A DNA stretch of 64,000 nucleotides from a virus: the IMG/VR virus record IMGVR_UViG_3300045988_170068; one strand, written 5' to 3'. The notes beneath the pieces are model-generated. The model saw nothing but the letters and a program-made list of their open reading frames with translations. It made no database searches and was not told where the DNA came from. The position numbers and the translations under genes are program-made. Of this stretch, positions 23,962 through 33,853 are shown in pieces (within the stretch, counting starts at the first letter, position 1; every line of letters begins with the position of its first letter).

Positions 23962-24591
23962 TTGAACTACATTTCCGTTCCTGGTACCGGAACAAAACTT
24001 TTTGATGGTACAGTAGTTGCTTTAGCAAAATATCCGGGAACAAAATGGATTGTTCGACAAGGATGGTTCTCTTATCAAGGACAACAACGAAATGGATGGT
24101 ATTTCTGTTCAATTTCTACTCAGACGACGATACCTGTTAGCAACGAAGACCTTTTGACGGTGACGGTTATTTCATCTGACGGATGCGGATGTTGTCCACC
24201 TACTCCATGCCCTCCGACACCATTTCCTCCTGGTCCTCCAGGTCCGCCACCAATGGGTAATCAATTCAGCGATAAAGACAAATTTCAAGTAGACCGATCA
24301 TTCATATCTGTTGACACAATAGCTGAAAGAGATTATCTACTTCAAAATCAGCTTATTCCAGATGGTAAAATTGTCAAAGTTAATCAGACCAAGCAAGGAA
24401 CAATGTACTTCACCTGGAATCAAGTTATGTCCCAATGGGAAGAAGAAACCTTTGGTATTAACACAGATAAATTCGTAACCAATGAAGGGCTTGAAACAAA
24501 GATTACTGAAACAATTAAGTCAAGCGACGAAGTTAAAACAGTAATAAAAGAAGTTTCTCAAGCAGACATTGAATGGAATCAATTAAATTAA
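23962..24591 (+). CDS. structural-module protein with Cys/Pro-rich linker
   Basis: TTG 23962 lies 8 nt after GGAGG. Contains DGCGCCPPTPCPPTPFPPGPPGPPPMG. Confidence 0.5.
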   Translation: MNYISVPGTGTKLFDGTVVALAKYPGTKWIVRQGWFSYQGQQRNGWYFCSISTQTTIPVSNEDLLTVTVISSDGCGCCPPTPCPPTPFPPGPPGPPPMGNQFSDKDKFQVDRSFISVDTIAERDYLLQNQLIPDGKIVKVNQTKQGTMYFTWNQVMSQWEEETFGINTDKFVTNEGLETKITETIKSSDEVKTVIKEVSQADIEWNQLN

Positions 24592-24605
24592 GGAGTGAAG
24601 AATAA

Positions 24606-26105
24606 ATGGCCAAAGTTCTATTTAGTTATGGCTCAAAAGCTAACTATTTAGCTCTCTCCGTCAAAGATGAAAATACACTGTATTTCATCACAGACAGCCA
24701 GGAAATCTTCAAAGGTAATCAGCTTGTAGCAGATAAAACAAAGCTGAATGTTTCCTTTGTATATGCTATTCCTACAGCTGAAGCATCCGTTCCTAATGTC
24801 CTTTATGTAGCTACTGTTGACGGTAAGACTACAATGTGGATCAAGAGCGGAGATTCAGTTATTCAGACAGGCGGCGGAGAAGCTACTGAAATTGCTGACG
24901 GTGTAATTACTATCAGCAAGTTTGCAGATGGAACAGTTGCTAAGACTCTTGATGCAGCATCTGATACTACTATTCCTACTTCTAAGGCAGTTGCCGATGC
25001 TATTGCAAATGCTGTCAAGGAACTTGATGGTGCTTTTGTTGATGTGTCAGCTGAAGCTGCTCCTGAAGGCAGCACAGGGACAGTTATCAAGTTTACTGCT
25101 AAAGACGGATCTACAAAGCAAGTAACTGTTGCAGATATCTTCCTTGCGAGTGCAACTTATGATAATGTTACTCATAAGCTGAAGCTGACTCTAAATGACG
25201 CTTCTTCTTCTATTGTAGAGGTTGATCTTTCCGACCTTATTGGAAATTCACTTTCTGATGTAATTGTTGGCGAAGATGAGGCCTTCACAGTAGAACTTGG
25301 AAGCGGTGGTACGCTAGGTGGATTCAAGACAGGTGACAAGGTAGCAAAAGACATGACAGTTGAAAACATTGTCAAGAAACTTCTGATGAAGCAAGTACCT
25401 CCTACTTATACACAGCCTTCTGTTTCTATTTCAAACAACGGTGGTTCTGCTGCTGGAGCATACGAAATTGGTTCTACTGTAACTCCTAAGCTTAGAGCTA
25501 CGTTCACTAAGAACGATGCAGGTGCTCTTACTTCTATTCAGTTTAAGAAAGCAGGTACTGCTGTTGGAGATGCAGCAACTGCTTCTCCTGCTGACTATAC
25601 AGAGGCTGCATTCAATCTTAGCGCTGCTGTTTCGTATTCTGCAACTGCTTCTTATGGGGAAGGTGCTATCAAGAAAGATAACCTGGGCGAGGATTATCCG
25701 ACCGGTCATATTGCTGCTGGTTCCAAGAACACAAGCAACTTCACCTTTACTCCTTACCGTCAAGGTTATTTCTGCGGTTATACAGTTGATACTGCTACGC
25801 TTACTTCTGACGGTATCAGAAACCTTCAGCAGAAGAAGGGCGGAGCTTATGCAGCAGGTACAGTTAAAGTAACTGTTAAGGCAGGAGCCAAGAGAGTTGT
25901 TATTGCTGCACCGCTTGCAAACAAAGGTATGACAAAGGTTCTGAATGAATCTGCACTAAATGCTGATGTTACTTCTACTTTTGTTAAATCCACTGTTGAT
26001 GTCGAAGGTGCAAACAAATACGAAGATGCTACTTACAATGTTTGGACATTTATCCCAGATGTAGCTTATGGCAAGGATGCTGTCCTTGCTGTAACCTTCG
26101 GTTAA
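24606..26105 (+). CDS. tail-fibre-like structural protein (fibre N-terminal motif)
   Basis: N-terminus FSYGSKANYLALSVKDENTLYFITDSQEIFKG. A/T/G/S/V-rich beta-type composition. Confidence 0.55.
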   Translation: MAKVLFSYGSKANYLALSVKDENTLYFITDSQEIFKGNQLVADKTKLNVSFVYAIPTAEASVPNVLYVATVDGKTTMWIKSGDSVIQTGGGEATEIADGVITISKFADGTVAKTLDAASDTTIPTSKAVADAIANAVKELDGAFVDVSAEAAPEGSTGTVIKFTAKDGSTKQVTVADIFLASATYDNVTHKLKLTLNDASSSIVEVDLSDLIGNSLSDVIVGEDEAFTVELGSGGTLGGFKTGDKVAKDMTVENIVKKLLMKQVPPTYTQPSVSISNNGGSAAGAYEIGSTVTPKLRATFTKNDAGALTSIQFKKAGTAVGDAATASPADYTEAAFNLSAAVSYSATASYGEGAIKKDNLGEDYPTGHIAAGSKNTSNFTFTPYRQGYFCGYTVDTATLTSDGIRNLQQKKGGAYAAGTVKVTVKAGAKRVVIAAPLANKGMTKVLNESALNADVTSTFVKSTVDVEGANKYEDATYNVWTFIPDVAYGKDAVLAVTFG

Positions 26106-26130
26106 TCTAAGAAAGGAGTGAAATTGAATT

Positions 26131-27708
26131 ATGGCAGTTATCAAAAAAGATAATTCCTACATGGAGTTTCCTCTTCAGATAAGCCGTCAGTACGGTGGTC
26201 CTATTGATAGATACTCAGTATTCTATTCAATGGACGACGCTACTAACTATGCTACTACTAGCCCTCTGTCCTATGTAGGCCAGATCATTTCTGTTGTAGA
26301 TGAAGCTGCTCAGACTTCTACAGCGTATCAGATTTCAAATACAGCAGGCGACCTTGTCGAAGTAGGTAAGGGAGCTAATAAGCCGATGCTCTTCGTTGCT
26401 GATGAAACTGCTATGCTTGCTTTGCAAGACATTGAAGTTGGTCAGCAGGTTTATCGTGAGGACAAGAAGACCATTTGGATCTTCAAAGGCGGTGACGCTT
26501 CTCAGCTTTCTAACTGGGTTGAATCCGCTGCTCAGAATGATACAGTTTGGAACGGAACAACTAACAAGGTTGTATTCTACTCACTGACGCAGAAACAATA
26601 TGACGCCCTAGGATCAAAGGATGCAAATACTCTGTATTTCACATCCGACACAGGTAAGGTTTACAAAGGAGCAGCAGACATGACAAAATCAGTAATTGTT
26701 ACTGATTCTGTTCCTGCTGTTGCTGATGCTATTCTAGATAAGCTGTATATTGATTCTGCTTCTTTTGAAGCTAAGATTACAGTAGATGGTAGCAATTGGA
26801 TTATCTTGTCTCCGGGCTATCTGACAGACGGAGCTAACTGGGCAAGTGCAGATTCTAAGAAATTTGCAACTATTGGTCTGATTAAGAAAGGCATCAGCTC
26901 TGCTGTTGAAGCTATTTCCCTCAACACTACCTTTGATGGTACTTCTGGTACTGTTAAAGTTGGTCAAGGTGAAGGAGCTACTCTTACAGGAATTGCTCAT
27001 GGGATTGCTTATGATGCTTCTTTGCTTAAGATTACAATTCCTCAGTACGGTAGTGAGGATCTTGTAATCAACATTCCTAAGGATAAGTTCTTAACCGCTG
27101 GTAAGTACTACGAAAATTACCCTGAGACAGATCCTACTCATCATAAGGTTATTGTCCTTACAATCGACAATCAAGTCGATCCAGTTATTATTCCTGCTGA
27201 AGCGCTTGTAAACATCTACACTGCTGACAATACGGCAAAGAACCTTGTTGTTACTATCTCTGATGACAACAAGATTTCTGCTCAGTTAATTATTGATCCA
27301 GCAAGCGGAAATGCTTTAAGATACAGCGATGCAGGATTCATGGTTGACATTTCTGGTAAGCTCGACAAGCTGTCAGGCGCTCTGGGTCAGAAACTGCTTA
27401 TCAGTAATACAGATGGTACAATTACCGAGAGTGGATATGGAATCCAGACAGAAGGGGATCTAACAGACTCTACTTCTGATCTAGCTGTAAACAAAGTTAT
27501 CTACGACGCACTTGCTAAGAAACTTGATGCTGTTGCAGGAACTGAAAACAACATTGTTGTATTTGGTACAGGTAAAGCAATCAAGGATTCAGGAAAGGCT
27601 GTTGGTGGAGACAAACTTAAGGCAACAGTTGATGCTAAAACAGTTGCTACTGAGGCTGCTGTTAAAGCTGCAATTGATGAAGCTCTTGAGTGGTCAACTA
27701 TCGGATAA
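26131..27708 (+). CDS. tail-fibre-like structural protein
   Basis: Internal copy of the motif: VVFYSLTQKQYDALGSKDANTLYFTSDTGKVYKG. Confidence 0.55.
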   Translation: MAVIKKDNSYMEFPLQISRQYGGPIDRYSVFYSMDDATNYATTSPLSYVGQIISVVDEAAQTSTAYQISNTAGDLVEVGKGANKPMLFVADETAMLALQDIEVGQQVYREDKKTIWIFKGGDASQLSNWVESAAQNDTVWNGTTNKVVFYSLTQKQYDALGSKDANTLYFTSDTGKVYKGAADMTKSVIVTDSVPAVADAILDKLYIDSASFEAKITVDGSNWIILSPGYLTDGANWASADSKKFATIGLIKKGISSAVEAISLNTTFDGTSGTVKVGQGEGATLTGIAHGIAYDASLLKITIPQYGSEDLVINIPKDKFLTAGKYYENYPETDPTHHKVIVLTIDNQVDPVIIPAEALVNIYTADNTAKNLVVTISDDNKISAQLIIDPASGNALRYSDAGFMVDISGKLDKLSGALGQKLLISNTDGTITESGYGIQTEGDLTDSTSDLAVNKVIYDALAKKLDAVAGTENNIVVFGTGKAIKDSGKAVGGDKLKATVDAKTVATEAAVKAAIDEALEWSTIG

Positions 27709-27781
27709 TATTTTCATTGTCAACCCTCCGCTTCGGCGGAGGGTAGATATACAATTAACTTAAATTTTTAGGAGTGATTTT

Positions 27782-29128
27782 ATGCCCGAAATTAAAGGTG
27801 TTGTAGATTTTAAGTATGGTCTGCAATCAGCTTACTCTGGCCTGGCAGCCAAAGATGTAAATACTCTTTATTTTACTACTGATACTCAGAGACTATTCGT
27901 CGGTGAAACTGAGTACACCCGTCCTGTAGGTCACGGTACTTCTCTTCCCGGAGATTTCATGCCGCCAGACTCTCTATTCGTTGTAGAGAATGGTACTGCT
28001 CGTTCCCTTTACTACAGTAAGGATGGTGAATCTTGGGACCTTATTTCTCGTCTGCCTGCGTCTATTACTGCCGGTGTAGTAGGTGCTAACGCTGGTGGTC
28101 AGCTTGACTTTGGATCAACAATCAAGATTCCCAAGGTAACTTATGATGATAGAGGCAATGTAACTGCTGCCGAAGATGTCACTGTTAAGCTGCCTGCTAA
28201 GCCTTCAGATATTAAGAACACAGTTACTGTTAGTGGCACCGGAAACGCTGTAACGGCTGCTGAATTTGATAAAGCTGGTCATGCCCTGACACTTACAAAG
28301 GGTGAGACTTTTGCTACAAAGAAAGAGCTGACAGATGCCATCGGTTCAATCACATCTTTTGAGATTGATTCTAATGGTGGTAATGGCTATGCCTCACTTG
28401 CAGCTCTGAAACAAGCGCATGCAACTGGTACTGCTGGAGTGTTTTATCTAGTTGTCAATCCAGATGCAACTGATAGTAACGCATTTGTCGAGTACTTCTG
28501 GACTGGTAAAGCTTATGAAATGGCTGGCAAGTTCGGAGAAGTTGATCACAGCTCACTTGCTACAAAGAAAGAGCTTACTGACGGCCTTGCTGAGAAAGTT
28601 GACAAGACAACTACTGTCAATGGTCAAGCACTTAGCGGCAATGTTCAAATTGATGACATTACTGGCAATGCCGGAACAGCTACTAAGCTGAAGACCGCTA
28701 GAACAATAAACGGCGTAAGCTTCGACGGTAGTGAGGATATCACAATTGATGTTGGTCCTAACACTCTTGCAGGTCAGACTGATGTCAATATTGCTACTCC
28801 TGCTGGGGGTCAGTCTCTCGTTTACGATGCTGCTACAAAGAAGTGGATCAATAAGAAGCTTGCTAAGGCAGATGTAGGTCTTGGCAATGTTGATAACACC
28901 GCCGATGCTAATAAGGTGGTTAAGTCTGCAGGTACGCTGACAAATGCTCGTACCATCTCTCTTGCTGGTGATGCTACTGGCTCTGTTAGCTTCGACGGAT
29001 CTAAGGATGTAACAATCAATGTTACTGGTGTCAAGGCTGCTGCCGATGGCGATGGTAACAATATTGTTGCTACTTATGCTACTAAGGAAGAAGCAGCTGC
29101 TGCTGTCCTTACCTGGCAGTCCATCTAA
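27782..29128 (+). CDS. tail fibre protein with fibre repeats
   Basis: N-terminus DFKYGLQSAYSGLAAKDVNTLYFTTDTQRLFVG. Repeated ATKKELTD and (T/N)ART(I)..SFDGS.D(I/V)TI units typical of phage fibre repeats. Confidence 0.65.
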   Translation: MPEIKGVVDFKYGLQSAYSGLAAKDVNTLYFTTDTQRLFVGETEYTRPVGHGTSLPGDFMPPDSLFVVENGTARSLYYSKDGESWDLISRLPASITAGVVGANAGGQLDFGSTIKIPKVTYDDRGNVTAAEDVTVKLPAKPSDIKNTVTVSGTGNAVTAAEFDKAGHALTLTKGETFATKKELTDAIGSITSFEIDSNGGNGYASLAALKQAHATGTAGVFYLVVNPDATDSNAFVEYFWTGKAYEMAGKFGEVDHSSLATKKELTDGLAEKVDKTTTVNGQALSGNVQIDDITGNAGTATKLKTARTINGVSFDGSEDITIDVGPNTLAGQTDVNIATPAGGQSLVYDAATKKWINKKLAKADVGLGNVDNTADANKVVKSAGTLTNARTISLAGDATGSVSFDGSKDVTINVTGVKAAADGDGNNIVATYATKEEAAAAVLTWQSI

Positions 29129-29143
29129 TCATCTAACTAAGAT

Positions 29144-29188
29144 AGGCAGAGTCAATTGAAATAAGTAAATTGGCTCTGCCTTATTTCT
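29144..29188 (+). terminator. terminator
   Basis: AGGCAGAG...CTCTGCCT stem followed by TATTTCT. Confidence 0.6.
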
Positions 29189-29221
29189 AGAATCCTTATA
29201 TAACAATGAGAGGTGATTGTA

Positions 29222-29602
29222 GTGGCCAACAAAACAGAAGATGTGATTTTTAGAAGAGGTCCGGCAGCTACAATGCCCCAGGAGAAACACTCCGGAACTC
29301 TTCTAGTTGAATCTGATACAGGTAATGTATTTGTAGACGACTCTGATGAAGTCAGAGTACAGCTCACAGATACATCAAAAATATCAAGACACGGTGACAA
29401 GTTCGACAATGATGTTGAACTTGATTTCCCTTCAGAAACAGCAGGAAAATCTTCTAAGTTATCAAGTGATAACATAAATTTCAAAAATGGTGAAAACTTT
29501 GCTAAATTCGACAGTAACGGACTTGATGGAAGCAAAAAAGTCATTGATAATATAAGAAAAAAGTTAGATGTTCCAGATCATTTCGTTTGGGAATCTATCT
29601 AA
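29222..29602 (+). CDS. small fibre-associated protein (degenerate fibre N-motif)
   Basis: GTG 29222 lies 8 nt after GAGAGG. Contains TLLVESDTGNVFVDDSD. Confidence 0.45.
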   Translation: MANKTEDVIFRRGPAATMPQEKHSGTLLVESDTGNVFVDDSDEVRVQLTDTSKISRHGDKFDNDVELDFPSETAGKSSKLSSDNINFKNGENFAKFDSNGLDGSKKVIDNIRKKLDVPDHFVWESI

Positions 29603-29629
29603 TCTACACATGAAAGGGTTGATTCTTGA

Positions 29630-30145
29630 ATGGATCATGTTATTGATTTAGACATAGTGATTTATATTTGTACACTAATTGCTTCAATTTCAGGAGCTGC
29701 GCTAATAATTGGAAAGGTAATAAAGAAATCAGTTTCATCTGCAGCAAAAGAAATAATTGATGAAAGATTAAAGAAGTCTGACGAAGAGCATAAGAAGTCT
29801 ATAGACGAGATGGAATATAGAATGAATACAAAAATTAGTGCTCTTCAAGATTCTGTAGACACTAAAATATCGGAAATTCGTAAGCAGCTGGATGATATAA
29901 CAAGGTCACAGAATGATGTTAATAGTAAAATGCAATCCGCACTGCTTGCCAGTACACGAGACAGAATAAATCAGGCTCATGATTATTATATGAGGAAAGA
30001 TTTTATTGGGACACATTCGTTGTATATAATTGAACAGCTATATGAATCTTACAAAGAGCTTGGAGGAAATAGCTTCATCAAAGATCAGATGAAAGATATT
30101 CATAGCTTAGAAGTAAGAAGTGCTGAAATGAATATTAAAGATTAA
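29630..30145 (+). CDS. membrane-anchored coiled-coil protein
   Basis: N-terminal TM helix (IVIYICTLIASISGAALIIG) followed by a helical, charged region. Confidence 0.5.
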   Translation: MDHVIDLDIVIYICTLIASISGAALIIGKVIKKSVSSAAKEIIDERLKKSDEEHKKSIDEMEYRMNTKISALQDSVDTKISEIRKQLDDITRSQNDVNSKMQSALLASTRDRINQAHDYYMRKDFIGTHSLYIIEQLYESYKELGGNSFIKDQMKDIHSLEVRSAEMNIKD

Positions 30146-30168
30146 GTCTTTGAGAGGAGATATTGTAT

Positions 30169-31341
30169 ATGCCTACTGCAAAGAATGAGGTTAAACTTAA
30201 ATTTGGTACTAAGGCGAAATACACATCAGCTACAAAAAACGCAGACACAGTATATTTCATTACTGACACTAATCAGATTTTTGTTGGATCTTCACTAGTT
30301 TCTTCAAAATGTTACTATGTAACAAATTCTCCTGTATCTTCAAATTACGGAGTTGGAGATGTTGTAGTTTGGAAGCTTTCAGATAATGCTGCAAATATAT
30401 GCGTAGTTAATTCATCTGGAGAATTTGACGTTTTCACTATTTCTATACCAAATGATGAAATAACCGCAAACACGAAATCAAGACATTCGCACGACAACAA
30501 ATCAATTTTAGATAAAATAACCGGAATTGTTACAAAAGATAACTACACCAATCCTAATAAAACAACCGACTTAGTTGACTATTCAGGATTCAGAGCTGGT
30601 AGTAACGATATCCTTGCACAAACTGTTCATACAAATGATGAACAGAAATTAACAGACACCCAGAAAACGCAAGCACGAACTAATATTGGAGCGCTTGGAA
30701 CAGTTGTACCTAATCCTACCAATGACAATGATGCAGCAAACAAAGCTTATGTTGATTCAAAAGTATCTTCAGGAGGAGTTACTGTTGACCCATCACTTTC
30801 TGACACATCTACTAATCCTGTTCAAAATAAAGTTATTAAAGCAGCAATTGATGGAAAATCGTCAGTAACAATCAAATTCTGGACTGCTGATGATGTAGGT
30901 GGGATAGATGTAACCCTTGCTTCTGGAACTACTTATATCATTGACGACCGAAGTTTACAAGCAATTGCAGAAAATATAGAAGAACTAGACGGAAAAATTA
31001 TAATTGAACTTCCGTCAGCAATACTGGCTGACAACAATGGTCAAAGCATTATACAAGAACCTACAAAGCTATATTTAGGATATGGTTACAATCCTATCGG
31101 AGATAGAACGATATATGTGTCTAAATTTAATCCAACTATGTTACTGGGATCAGAAATACTATCAGTTGAATTTACTTATCCATATATAGAATATAGAGCA
31201 GGAGATGTTTCTGGAAGTGGTAAAATAATGAAAGTTCAAAATACAATTAACTCAAATTCGACTATAAATTACGCACAAGTTCAAATACTTTCAAATGTAA
31301 CAGTATCAAGTAAGCAAAAACAGATGCTTTTCGAAGAATAA
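30169..31341 (+). CDS. tail fibre protein
   Basis: ATG 30169 lies 9 nt after AGAGGAG. Contains KLKFGTKAKYTSATKNADTVYFITDTNQIFVG and TQKTQARTNIGALG. Confidence 0.6.
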   Translation: MPTAKNEVKLKFGTKAKYTSATKNADTVYFITDTNQIFVGSSLVSSKCYYVTNSPVSSNYGVGDVVVWKLSDNAANICVVNSSGEFDVFTISIPNDEITANTKSRHSHDNKSILDKITGIVTKDNYTNPNKTTDLVDYSGFRAGSNDILAQTVHTNDEQKLTDTQKTQARTNIGALGTVVPNPTNDNDAANKAYVDSKVSSGGVTVDPSLSDTSTNPVQNKVIKAAIDGKSSVTIKFWTADDVGGIDVTLASGTTYIIDDRSLQAIAENIEELDGKIIIELPSAILADNNGQSIIQEPTKLYLGYGYNPIGDRTIYVSKFNPTMLLGSEILSVEFTYPYIEYRAGDVSGSGKIMKVQNTINSNSTINYAQVQILSNVTVSSKQKQMLFEE

Positions 31342-31351
31342 ATAAAGTAAA

Positions 31352-31385
31352 AGCTCGGTGCAGAAGTGCACCGGGCTTTTTATTT
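31352..31385. terminator. bidirectional terminator between convergent genes
   Basis: AGCTCGGTGCA-GAA-GTGCACCGGGCT is flanked by an A-run on the 5' side and a T-run on the 3' side. Confidence 0.75.
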
Positions 31386-31462
31386 CATAATATCATTTCT
31401 AAGTACTTGTTGAATGAATATTAACCATGAACGTGTAGTTAAAGTTAATGTTGGTATTATTA

Positions 31463-32236
31463 TCACAATTTTCCTATATTCCAAGAATTATATTTCCATC
31501 CATTATTGTATATGAACGGAATCCCATATAAGAACTTACTTCCGTTATAAATCTTAGCGGGTTCTGTATGCTTAGTTGAAACTTGCGTTTGACTGGCAGA
31601 GGTTCCCACTCGAAATTCACACTTATTAGTTGTTGCTGTTCCTCCTGTTGAATCGTCAACAACACAATAAACATAAGTATTATCATAGGTACTATTGTAA
31701 AGTGTCCCAGTCAGATTCTTAGAAGTTCCAACAATAGTAGTTCCTTTATACCACTTATAAGTATATCCTGTTCCTCCCGATGGATTACAAGTTAGCGTAA
31801 AACTATCTCCATCATAGCCAGCTATGAATTCTGGAATAAGCTGAACAGATATAATATTTACGCTTGGAGGAGGTGGGGCAATTTGAGGAAATGTTATTGT
31901 TCCTGACACTGAAAGAGAATATGGAGTATACGTTGTCTCATTTTCAGAACACCACATAGCAGATACATTAAGAGAAGTAGCAGAAGTATCGTATACTTTT
32001 ACAGTTCTACTTCCAATAGTGTACCAACCAGCTGAGCTAAAGTTATATGTCTGATAAGCTTTTTCTCCTTGAATGATATAGTAGGCGCTATTCGTATCTC
32101 CATTGTAAGAGTATCCTGTAGCATCATATACTTTTAGGGTCAAAGTAATTGTGGTGGCTGAAGATGACTGACTATATGAATATTCAAGCCTTGCATACCA
32201 ATTTTTTGAGGATTTTGGGCCATCAAAATAACTCAT
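31463..32236 (-). CDS. fibre-accessory / receptor-binding-module protein with Ig-like C-terminal domain
   Basis: N-terminus WYARLEYSYSQSSSATTITLTLKVY.., PPPP linker, then YKWYKG...VYCVV (Ig-like). The N-terminal pattern resembles that of 33854-34948. Confidence 0.5.
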   Translation of the reverse strand: MSYFDGPKSSKNWYARLEYSYSQSSSATTITLTLKVYDATGYSYNGDTNSAYYIIQGEKAYQTYNFSSAGWYTIGSRTVKVYDTSATSLNVSAMWCSENETTYTPYSLSVSGTITFPQIAPPPPSVNIISVQLIPEFIAGYDGDSFTLTCNPSGGTGYTYKWYKGTTIVGTSKNLTGTLYNSTYDNTYVYCVVDDSTGGTATTNKCEFRVGTSASQTQVSTKHTEPAKIYNGSKFLYGIPFIYNNGWKYNSWNIGKL

Positions 32237-32247
32237 TTACTCACCCC

Positions 32248-32949
32248 TTACGCAGTTCTCTTCCAGATATATATACTTAGATAAGGAGGCATATTGTTGT
32301 GAGAACTTCCTCCACCAGTAGTACCGGTCAAAGAGTTACGGCTGATGTCAAAGGCCACTGGGGCATAGGGATAATATCTCCCAGTACCGCTCTGAACGCC
32401 CATATCACCTACTTCAAACGCTTTACTGCTATTAGTGATGAAGCCATAATATCCTGACTGATTAGCCGGGTTGTGCCCATGGCTGGGCATCTCCGCTGTC
32501 GTTAGGGTGTGGCTGGCTTCACCACCTTGGCTTCCCGCAGGATAGCTACTACTCATTCCAAGTAAGAACTTGCCTTGAATCTGCTCCCAAGTTCCTCCAA
32601 AGAGCGTCCCAGGGTTTGTACTATTTACATTCATATAAATAGAGCCGATTGGATAGACATTATCCAAAACAAAATTAGTCCCAGCTGTCTGGAAAAACAA
32701 CTGATTATTAGCTGGGCTACTAGGTAAAGTAGTACCATAATCTGTACCCGAAGTTAGCTTTATACCTTTGGTAGTAAGTGCACCTGTCATAGTTCCACCA
32801 GAAAGCTGTAAGTAATTAGCTGAATCATCCTCTTCAACTAAATATATCTCGTCATCGTTTATCAGTCCTTGTGTTTTCATCTTTTCAAAAATTGATTTAG
32901 TAGGAACTTTATTTATGACAAAATTGATAACATGTTTTTCTGTAGGCAT
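32248..32949 (-). CDS. tail fibre / receptor-binding protein (minus strand)
   Basis: ATG 32949 follows GGAGG. The N-terminal 45 aa are about 75% identical to 33068-33841. The C-terminus has GSIYMN..LFGGTWEQI..GGEASHTLTTAEMPSHGH..HNNMPPY motifs seen in fibre tip domains. Confidence 0.6.
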   Translation of the reverse strand: MPTEKHVINFVINKVPTKSIFEKMKTQGLINDDEIYLVEEDDSANYLQLSGGTMTGALTTKGIKLTSGTDYGTTLPSSPANNQLFFQTAGTNFVLDNVYPIGSIYMNVNSTNPGTLFGGTWEQIQGKFLLGMSSSYPAGSQGGEASHTLTTAEMPSHGHNPANQSGYYGFITNSSKAFEVGDMGVQSGTGRYYPYAPVAFDISRNSLTGTTGGGSSHNNMPPYLSIYIWKRTA

Positions 32950-33067
32950 GAAAATACCTCCAATTTTCATTAAGATTATCAATCATATGTAGGGTCGACC
33001 TTGTATTTATTTGTAATCAGTAATTTACGCTATCTTAGCGATATTTTGATAAATTGGAGGTAACAAA

Positions 33068-33841
33068 ATGCCGACTTCAAAGAAAATTACAGACTTTGTT
33101 ATCAATAAAGTCCCAACAAAAGCAATTTTCAATAAAATGAAAGAACAAGGTCTAATTAACAATGACGAGATTTATTTGGTTGAGGAAGATGATTCCGATA
33201 ACAAATATGTTTCGTATGAATCTCAATCACTAACTGCTACACAGATGGAACAAGCAAGAAATAATATTGGCGCTTTAGGTTCTACTGATATTGTGTCTAT
33301 TAACCATGGCGGTACTGGTGCATCAACTGCTGCCAATGCTAGAGCTAATATAGGAATTCAATATGGAACAAGTTACCCAACTTCGACTCCTGTTACAGGT
33401 ACAGGATCTCTTTATTTTGTACAGCAGGAGAATGTAGTAACTCCTATTTCAGAAGGAGGTACAGGTGGTACAACACAAGATGCTGCAAGGACCAATCTAG
33501 GATTACCTACACAGGACAAAATGTTATTAACTATATGTAGTGGTACAAGACTTGTATCAGGTTCTAACATAACAATAACATTAGATCCTACCGAAGCCAA
33601 GAAATATAGTGCAATTCTTATTCTTCTTGGTACTCCTCTCGGAGGGAATTATGGTAACATGTATGATTCATTTGTTTTTCCGCTTAGCCCAGATACTTGG
33701 TCATTCAGGTTCTTCAAATATACTCTAGAAGGACAAGATTGGCAGTGTGCAAAAGCAAATCTAAGTAGTGATTGGACAACTTTTACTATTACTGCGGTTT
33801 CAGGAAACACAAATCATCCATGCTGGTGTTACTTAATGTAA
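33068..33841 (+). CDS. tail fibre / receptor-binding protein (plus strand paralog)
   Basis: MPTSKKITDFVINKVPTKAIFNKMKEQGLINNDEIYLVEEDD. Also ATQMEQARNNIGALG, ARANIGI and ARTNLGL motifs. Confidence 0.6.
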   Translation: MPTSKKITDFVINKVPTKAIFNKMKEQGLINNDEIYLVEEDDSDNKYVSYESQSLTATQMEQARNNIGALGSTDIVSINHGGTGASTAANARANIGIQYGTSYPTSTPVTGTGSLYFVQQENVVTPISEGGTGGTTQDAARTNLGLPTQDKMLLTICSGTRLVSGSNITITLDPTEAKKYSAILILLGTPLGGNYGNMYDSFVFPLSPDTWSFRFFKYTLEGQDWQCAKANLSSDWTTFTITAVSGNTNHPCWCYLM

Positions 33842-33853
33842 GGAAGTGATAAT

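Noticed and set aside
24863-29544. Many antisense or alternate-frame ORFs inside fibre genes (for example 24863-25090, 24922-25125, 25431-25763, 25516-25872, 28452-28691, 28822-29061, 29152-29544).
   Set aside because: These are low-complexity translations of the A/T/S/G-rich fibre coding strand. They lie wholly within better-supported genes.
32800-33210. Inverted homologous 5' ends of the divergent fibre genes as a possible invertible (fim/Gin-like) switch.
   Set aside because: Nucleotide identity is only about 75% and the longest identical run I found is about 11 nt. No invertase or recombinase gene is in the window.
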